Source: a virus
Taxonomy: Duplodnaviria; Caudoviricetes
IMG/VR virus record: IMGVR_UViG_3300030012_000948
Span: 1-39,283 of that record
DNA length: 39,283 bases
Direction: 5' to 3' (one strand)
Part shown: positions 33,392-39,283 of the stretch, piece after piece
How the letters are laid out: the number at the start of each line of letters is the position of its first letter
Numbering within the stretch: the first letter of the stretch is position 1
The notes under the pieces: model-generated
What the model saw: the letters and a program-made list of their open reading frames with translations, nothing else
Told to the model about the DNA's origin: nothing
Databases searched by the model: none
Position numbers and translations under genes: made by a program

Positions 33392-34336
33392 ATGGCGAAT
33401 AGTTTAAATACACCAATTACAAGTACTTATGCTGGTGAGTTTGCTGGGAAATATATCTCTGCTGCTCTTTTAAGTGCTAACACAATTGATAAAGGCGGAA
33501 TAGAAGTAATGCCTAATATCAAGTACAAGTCTACAATGAAGAAAGTAGCAACTGCATCATCTATTATAGGTAATGCTGCTTGTGATTTTTCTGGAACTGC
33601 AGACCAAGTTACATTAACTGAAAGATTATTACAACCAGAGGAGTTTCAAGTAAACCTTGAGTTCTGTAAGCAAGATTTCCAATCGGATTGGGAAGCTGCT
33701 CAAATGGGATATTCTGCATTTGATAAAATGCCACCTAAATTTTCAGATTTCATTATTGGCCACGTAGCTGGTTTAGTAGCTGAAAAAACTGAGCAAAACA
33801 TTTGGGAAGGTGTTAATGCAAACGCTGGAGAATTTGATGGTTTAGTAACTTTAGCTTTAGCTGATGCTGATGTAGTAGATGTAGCATCTCACGCTGCTGT
33901 AACTGCTGCTAACGTAATTGACAAATTAGGTTCTATTGTTGATGCAATACCTTCTGCTCTTTACAATAAAGAAGATTTACACATTTACGTATCACAAAAC
34001 ATTGCAAGAGCTTATGTAAGAGCTTTAGGTGGTTTTGCTACTTCAATTGGTGCTGCTGGTACTGATTCAAAAGGAACACAATGGTACAACGCTGGTGGAC
34101 AACTATCTTTTGATGGTGTGAAAATCTTTGTTGCTAATGGTTTAGCTGATGATACTGCAATGGCTGCACAAAAATCTAACTTATACTTTGGAACTGGTTT
34201 ATTATCAGATATGAACGAAGTTAAAGTATTAGATATGGCTGACCTTGATGGTTCACAAAATGTCAGAGTAATAATGAGATTTACTTCTGGTGTACAATAC
34301 GGAATAGGTTCTGATATAGTTTTATACCACGCCTAA
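33392..34336 (+). CDS. Major capsid protein, copy B
   Basis: Homologue of 1700..2635. Confidence 0.8.
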   Translation: MANSLNTPITSTYAGEFAGKYISAALLSANTIDKGGIEVMPNIKYKSTMKKVATASSIIGNAACDFSGTADQVTLTERLLQPEEFQVNLEFCKQDFQSDWEAAQMGYSAFDKMPPKFSDFIIGHVAGLVAEKTEQNIWEGVNANAGEFDGLVTLALADADVVDVASHAAVTAANVIDKLGSIVDAIPSALYNKEDLHIYVSQNIARAYVRALGGFATSIGAAGTDSKGTQWYNAGGQLSFDGVKIFVANGLADDTAMAAQKSNLYFGTGLLSDMNEVKVLDMADLDGSQNVRVIMRFTSGVQYGIGSDIVLYHA

Positions 34337-34390
34337 GAATTAATTAATAACAAGGGGGTGTGATTCCCCCTTTATTTAAATTTTAATAAT

Positions 34391-34939
34391 ATGGCTTGCG
34401 ATTTAACAGCTGGTAGAAAAGTACCTTGTAAAGATGTAATTGGTGGTATTGTTAGAGCTTGGTTCATTGATTTTGGTGAATTAGGAACTGTAACAAAAAC
34501 CAATGATGAAATTACAGATATGACAGGTACAATAACTGCCTTACAATATGATTTAAAAGGAACAAATAGTTTGGAAACTGCTATTACATCCTCAAGAGAG
34601 AATGGCACAACATTCTTTGAAGAAACATTAACTTTAACACTACCTAAATTATCTAAAGAAGATAATAAGGAACTTAAGCTGATGGCTTTTGGACGTCCCC
34701 ACGTTTGTGTAGAAGATAGAAACGGAAACTTCTTTTTATGTGGCTTAGAACACGGAATGGAAGTTACTGGTGGAAGTATAGCTACGGGAACAGCTTTTGG
34801 GGATTTAAGCGGTTACTCACTAACATTAACTGGTCAAGAATTAGAACCAGCTAATTTTATTGCTGGTGGTACTTCTGCTGACCCTCTTGCGGGAATGAGT
34901 TCAGCGACTGTAACAGTTACTGTAGGTACAAATAGTTAA
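34391..34939 (+). CDS. Probable major tail tube protein, copy B
   Basis: Homologue of 2691..3239. Confidence 0.6.
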   Translation: MACDLTAGRKVPCKDVIGGIVRAWFIDFGELGTVTKTNDEITDMTGTITALQYDLKGTNSLETAITSSRENGTTFFEETLTLTLPKLSKEDNKELKLMAFGRPHVCVEDRNGNFFLCGLEHGMEVTGGSIATGTAFGDLSGYSLTLTGQELEPANFIAGGTSADPLAGMSSATVTVTVGTNS

Positions 34940-34945
34940 AAAAAT

Positions 34946-35022
34946 ACGCAGTTAAATATAATTGTGTGATTCATAATATATAGTTTGATTGAGGGGTGGA
35001 AGTGATTAGCCACCCCTTTTTT
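34946..35022 (+). ncRNA. Putative antisense sRNA 1, copy B
   Basis: Seed (34970..34986) and terminator identical to copy A; hairpin changes preserve pairing. Confidence 0.65.
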
Positions 35023-35033
35023 ATTAAAAAAAT

Positions 35034-35387
35034 ATGCAAATATTAACTACAAGTGGCACACGAATTATTAACTTTATACCAAGAGAAACAATAACTGGTA
35101 GTAAAACTTATAAATTAGTGATAAAATCAGAAGCTCAAAATAAAGTTATAGCAACAGATAATGATGCAACATTTTCTGAATTAGATTACTATTACCAATA
35201 CTCAACTACTCAAGCGTTAGTTGAAAATCAATACTATACTATTACAATCACTAATACAACAGATAACGCAATAATTTTTAAAGATAAAATGTATTGTTCA
35301 GACCAAACACTTTCAGATTATGAGATTTCAAATGGTGTTTATATAGAACAAAGCACAGGAGACAATCAATTTATATATTATGGATAA
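35034..35387 (+). CDS. Hypothetical structural protein, copy B
   Basis: Homologue of 3331..3684. Confidence 0.6.
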   Translation: MQILTTSGTRIINFIPRETITGSKTYKLVIKSEAQNKVIATDNDATFSELDYYYQYSTTQALVENQYYTITITNTTDNAIIFKDKMYCSDQTLSDYEISNGVYIEQSTGDNQFIYYG

Positions 35388-37167
35388 TTTACATTTAATA
35401 CAATTAGGCCAATACGAAAGGCCAACAATCACAGAGGAACGTAATAAAGATTGGGTATCAATAGGCGATAATAATGATTATTACCAAAGTTTGATTGATG
35501 CTTATATGGATAGCACAACAAACAATGCTGTAATTAATGGTATTGTAAATCAAATTTACGGTAAAGGATTAGATGCTACTGATTCTGCACAAAAGCCAGA
35601 CCAGTATGCACAGATGAGGAGTTTGGTAAAACCTCACGATTTAAGAAATGTTTGCCAAGATTTAAAACTATTAGGAGAAGCTGCTTTTCAAATAACTTAC
35701 AATGGTAATAAAATATCAGCAATAACACACTTTCCAAGAGAAACGTTAAGAGCTGAAAAGATGAATGATAAAGGCGAAATAAAAAACTATTTTTATTCTG
35801 CTGATTGGAGTAAAGTTAAACACAATACTAAACTAAAAAAGTTTCCTGTTTTTGGTAGTGGCGCACAAAATGAAATATATATTGTAAAAAGATATGTAAC
35901 TGGATTTTACTATTATTCGCCAGCAGATTATAATACTGCTTATGCAACACTTGAAAATGAGATAGCGTGTTACTTAATTAACGATACTCAGAATGGTTTT
36001 AGTGGTACAAAGGTGGTAAACTTTAATAATGGTGTACCTGATAGAGAAAAGCAATTAGCCATTAAGAATGATGTAATGCAAAAACTTACTGGTAGCTATG
36101 GCGAGAAAGTAATTGTTGCATTTAACAATAATGCAGAAAGTAAAACAACTGTTGAGGATATACCATTAAACGATGCTCCAGCACATTATTCTTATTTAAG
36201 TGAAGAATGTAGTAGAAAGATTATGTTAACTCACAGGGTGACATCACCCTTGCTCATTGGCTTAAGAGATGGTAATAATGGTTTAGGTAATAATGCAGAT
36301 GAAATACAAAACGCCTCAAGGCTTTTTAATAACGTAGTTATACAACCGTACCAAAATCTTTTAATTGATAGCTTAGATACAATATTAGCAGTAAATGATA
36401 TTAGTTTAAATCTTTACTTTAAAACTATTGAACCATTAGAATTTATGGATTTAGAGAATGTTGAAGGTGAAGAAAACATTGAAGAGCAAACTGGAATAAA
36501 GGAAGAAGAAGAAAGCACAGAGCTTGAAATAATGGCTTCTAAGAGCATTTCTAATAAAGATAGTGATGAACTACTAAAAGATGCTTTAGATTCGCTTAAA
36601 GGCGTTAAAATGGATTCTGAAGAGTTTGAAATAGTTGATATTAGAGATTTAGATGATGAAAATGAAAGTATTGAAGATTGGGCTAAATCAATGATACAAT
36701 TAAGTGATGTTATAGATAGTAAAGAAGATGGTTTTTCTACTTTAGATAAATCAATGTATAAAGTAAGATACAAATATGCAAAAGGCAGCAGTAGAGGTGG
36801 AGAAAGCAGAGAGTTTTGCAAAGAGATGATGAACAGAACAAGTGCTGGTATTGTATATAGATTAGAAGATATTGATAAAGCAAGCAGGGATATGAACTTT
36901 AAAGCTGCTAAATTACCAATGCACAATGGCCAAAAGTATGATTTGTTTAAATTTAAAGGTGGTGTTTATTGTAGACACAAATGGCAACAGATTTTATACA
37001 AAATAAAAAAAGGAAAAGAAGTTGGTAGTGAGGATTTAGATGATTACAAAAAAACTAAATCTATTCCAAAGAGTTATGAACCAAAGCCAAGAGGTAGAAA
37101 ACAAGCAGCAAAAGCTCCAGTAAATATGCCTAATAATGGACATCACCCAAATTATAAAGGAAAATGA
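35380..37167 (+). CDS. Portal protein with an alternative MuF-like C-terminal domain, copy B
   Basis: N-terminal ~355 aa near-identical to copy A; C-terminus SREFC...KGGVYCRHKW strongly diverged. Confidence 0.75.
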   Translation: MDNLHLIQLGQYERPTITEERNKDWVSIGDNNDYYQSLIDAYMDSTTNNAVINGIVNQIYGKGLDATDSAQKPDQYAQMRSLVKPHDLRNVCQDLKLLGEAAFQITYNGNKISAITHFPRETLRAEKMNDKGEIKNYFYSADWSKVKHNTKLKKFPVFGSGAQNEIYIVKRYVTGFYYYSPADYNTAYATLENEIACYLINDTQNGFSGTKVVNFNNGVPDREKQLAIKNDVMQKLTGSYGEKVIVAFNNNAESKTTVEDIPLNDAPAHYSYLSEECSRKIMLTHRVTSPLLIGLRDGNNGLGNNADEIQNASRLFNNVVIQPYQNLLIDSLDTILAVNDISLNLYFKTIEPLEFMDLENVEGEENIEEQTGIKEEEESTELEIMASKSISNKDSDELLKDALDSLKGVKMDSEEFEIVDIRDLDDENESIEDWAKSMIQLSDVIDSKEDGFSTLDKSMYKVRYKYAKGSSRGGESREFCKEMMNRTSAGIVYRLEDIDKASRDMNFKAAKLPMHNGQKYDLFKFKGGVYCRHKWQQILYKIKKGKEVGSEDLDDYKKTKSIPKSYEPKPRGRKQAAKAPVNMPNNGHHPNYKGK

Positions 37168-37667
37168 GTAAAGCACTATTTGTAACAAGACACGATATAT
37201 CAGTATTTACTGCTGCTAATGGTAATATAGATAATGATAAATTATTACCATTTATAAACCAAGCACAGGATATTCACATACAAAATTACTTAGGTACTGA
37301 TTTATATGTTAAAATACAAAATGAAATAACTGCTGGTACTTTAGCTGACCCTTATTTAGCTTTGCTGAATAATTATATAAAAAGTATGCTCTTACATTGG
37401 AGTATGGTTGAATACTTACCTTATGCTGGTGTTAATATTTCAAATGGTGGTATATATACTAAGAATCCTGAAAATAGCACAGCATTAAGCAAAGAACACG
37501 TAGATAGCTTAATAGAAAGAAGTAGAACTACAGCACAGTTTTACACAAATAGATTTATAGATTTTATGCAAAATAACGCAGCTGGATTAATACCTGAGTA
37601 TTATAGTAATTCTCAAGAGGATATGTATCCAGATGATGTTGCAGATTTTGGAGGTTGGGTACTTTAA
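37164..37667 (+). CDS. Probable head-tail adaptor, copy B
   Basis: Homologue of 5470..5973. Confidence 0.5.
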   Translation: MSKALFVTRHDISVFTAANGNIDNDKLLPFINQAQDIHIQNYLGTDLYVKIQNEITAGTLADPYLALLNNYIKSMLLHWSMVEYLPYAGVNISNGGIYTKNPENSTALSKEHVDSLIERSRTTAQFYTNRFIDFMQNNAAGLIPEYYSNSQEDMYPDDVADFGGWVL

Positions 37668-37676
37668 AAATATATT

Positions 37677-39283
37677 ATGCCAGATAATAACATAGAATGG
37701 GGACAAGGTGGTGTTAACAACAGTAATGACTGGGGTAAAGCAAAAGCTAATTCTACTAACAACTTTGGTGCTGTTTATGATAGTTCGCCAAGTGGTGATA
37801 CTAATATTGCTGGAGGGCAACCAGTAGTATCAATAACTTATTCTTCAAGTGCATTTTGTGCTGATGCAAGCGACCCTACGCCAACCATACAAAATAATGC
37901 TGGAGCTGGAACATTTAGCTCTACAGCTGGATTAGTATTTATTAGCACAACAACTGGTGAAGTTGATATTGATGCTTCTACTGTAGGAAGTTATTTAATT
38001 ACATATACAGATACAGATTCTGCAACTGCTACATTTAACCTAACTATTAATGCTTTACCTACTGTTATTGTAAGCACTTCTGCTGGTACTATTTGTAATG
38101 GAGAAAGCACAACACTAACTGCTACTGGTGCATCTACTTATGTTTGGAATGATGGTAATACAGATAATCCAAGAACAGTATCACCAACTACAACAACTAC
38201 GTATAATGCTACTGGTACAGATTCTAATGGTTGTACAAGTTCTGGTGGTACTACAATTACTGTAAATGCTTTACCAACTGTTGAAATAACAGGAACATTA
38301 ACTTATTGCGCTGGTAGTACAACAACACTAACTGCTACTGCTGGATTGAGTTCTTACTTATGGAGTACAGGAGCAACTACACAAGCTATAAATGTAACTG
38401 CTGGTAGTTATACAGTAACAGGAACTGATAGCAATGGTTGTAGTGCTACTTCTTCTGCTTCTACAGTAACAGAATTACCTTTAGATACTGCTACAGTAAC
38501 TTATTCAGCAAGTGCTTATTGTCAAATGCCAACAGGTGCTTTAGCTGTAGATGGTTATTATCCTTTATATACTACTGAATCAGCAGCACAGGCAGAAAGC
38601 TCAGACGGAACAGCACACTCTCACACATTAAGCGGAACTACTTACTATATGCCTAATGATGGTGTAATAATATATCATGGTAGTTATTCTTTAACAACAC
38701 CAGCACCTACAATAACAGGTGAAACAGGAACATTTAGCGAATCTACTGGTAATTTAACTATAGATAGTTCTACAGGTGTTATAAATGTTAATAATTCTAC
38801 TGCTGGAACTTATACAGTAGTATATACTACAAGTGGTAGCTGTCCAAATACAGTAAATAATACTATTACAATAAATGCTTTAGATGGTGCTACTTTTGGT
38901 TATTCTGCAAGTAGCTTACCACAAACAGGAACAGCAAGTTTAACAACTACTCCAACAACTTCAGGTGGTGTTTATAGTGCTTACCCAAGTGGTTTGAGTA
39001 TTAACTCATCTACAGGTGAAATAGATTTAGCTGCTTCTACTATTCAATCTTATAAAATATTCTATGAAACAAGTGGTGCTGGGTGTCCTAATTCTTCAAC
39101 ATTTGATTTAGCTGTAACTGCTGCTGGAATTGCTAATAATTACAGTATGAATTTTGATGCTGCCAGTTCAGATTATATAAACGCTGGAAACTTAAGCGCT
39201 ATAAATGGTTTGCAAAAAGTTACTTATTCATTTTGGATGAATGATAGTTCTGGTGGTGCTTCCTATCCAATAGGAACAGATGG
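37677..39283 (+). CDS. Adhesin-like fibre protein, copy B (3'-truncated by the window edge)
   Basis: Starts MPDNNIEWGQGG like 5983..8040; missing from the ORF track, consistent with having no stop in the window. Confidence 0.8.
   Translation, partial: MPDNNIEWGQGGVNNSNDWGKAKANSTNNFGAVYDSSPSGDTNIAGGQPVVSITYSSSAFCADASDPTPTIQNNAGAGTFSSTAGLVFISTTTGEVDIDASTVGSYLITYTDTDSATATFNLTINALPTVIVSTSAGTICNGESTTLTATGASTYVWNDGNTDNPRTVSPTTTTTYNATGTDSNGCTSSGGTTITVNALPTVEITGTLTYCAGSTTTLTATAGLSSYLWSTGATTQAINVTAGSYTVTGTDSNGCSATSSASTVTELPLDTATVTYSASAYCQMPTGALAVDGYYPLYTTESAAQAESSDGTAHSHTLSGTTYYMPNDGVIIYHGSYSLTTPAPTITGETGTFSESTGNLTIDSSTGVINVNNSTAGTYTVVYTTSGSCPNTVNNTITINALDGATFGYSASSLPQTGTASLTTTPTTSGGVYSAYPSGLSINSSTGEIDLAASTIQSYKIFYETSGAGCPNSSTFDLAVTAAGIANNYSMNFDAASSDYINAGNLSAINGLQKVTYSFWMNDSSGGASYPIGTD

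Larger units (their letters stand above)
31704..39160 (+). repeat. Long diverged direct repeat, copy B
   Basis: Collinear with 1..~7460; similarity fades inside the LamG domain near the window end. Confidence 0.95.

Noticed and set aside
724-37820. Many minus-strand ORFs in the track (e.g. 1076..1504, 4930..5241, 20088..20522, 29204..30037, 36414..36926) and the plus-strand ORF 724..1029
   Set aside because: They are antisense shadows of well-supported genes, with Ser/Phe/Leu-rich composition mirroring Glu/Lys codons and no promoter or leader.
1-39283. Lysogeny module, tRNA genes, stop-codon reassignment
   Set aside because: No integrase or CI-like repressor recognised, no cloverleaf seen by eye, and genes are intact and tightly packed under the standard code with TAA, TGA and TAG all used as stops.

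Overview
The window is a lytic-looking, AT-rich tailed phage (siphovirus-like), probably infecting a Flavobacteriia/Bacteroidota host. The host call rests on TAnnTTTG-type promoters, A-rich start regions without Shine-Dalgarno sites, and SprB/PKD-like and LamG repeats. One genome unit is about 31.7 kb (position 1 corresponds to about 31704). It is followed by about 7.5 kb of a second, non-identical copy of the head/portal/fibre region, so two variants can be compared directly. Modules present: head and tail tube, portal, adhesin-like fibres, lysis, recombination/replication with two DNA methyltransferases, an ECF-like sigma factor, terminase, tail and prohead protease. No integrase, tRNA or CRISPR array was seen. 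The most unusual signal is a non-coding regulatory layer. (i) Two intergenic elements share the layout hairpin / unpaired seed / terminator, and their seeds are reverse complements of translation-start regions elsewhere: 17/17 nt to the exonuclease start, and 10/10 nt to a 20-nt leader shared by four unrelated small genes. (ii) Those small genes sit in exchangeable expression slots. (iii) TATAAC-N16-CGTTTATA, an ECF-type promoter, lies upstream of the head, packaging and tail operons, one copy inside the sigma gene itself. (iv) A TATAATTATA palindrome lies in the early promoters, one of which precedes a ribbon-helix-helix gene. All protein calls are by motif recognition and context only; no database searches were run.
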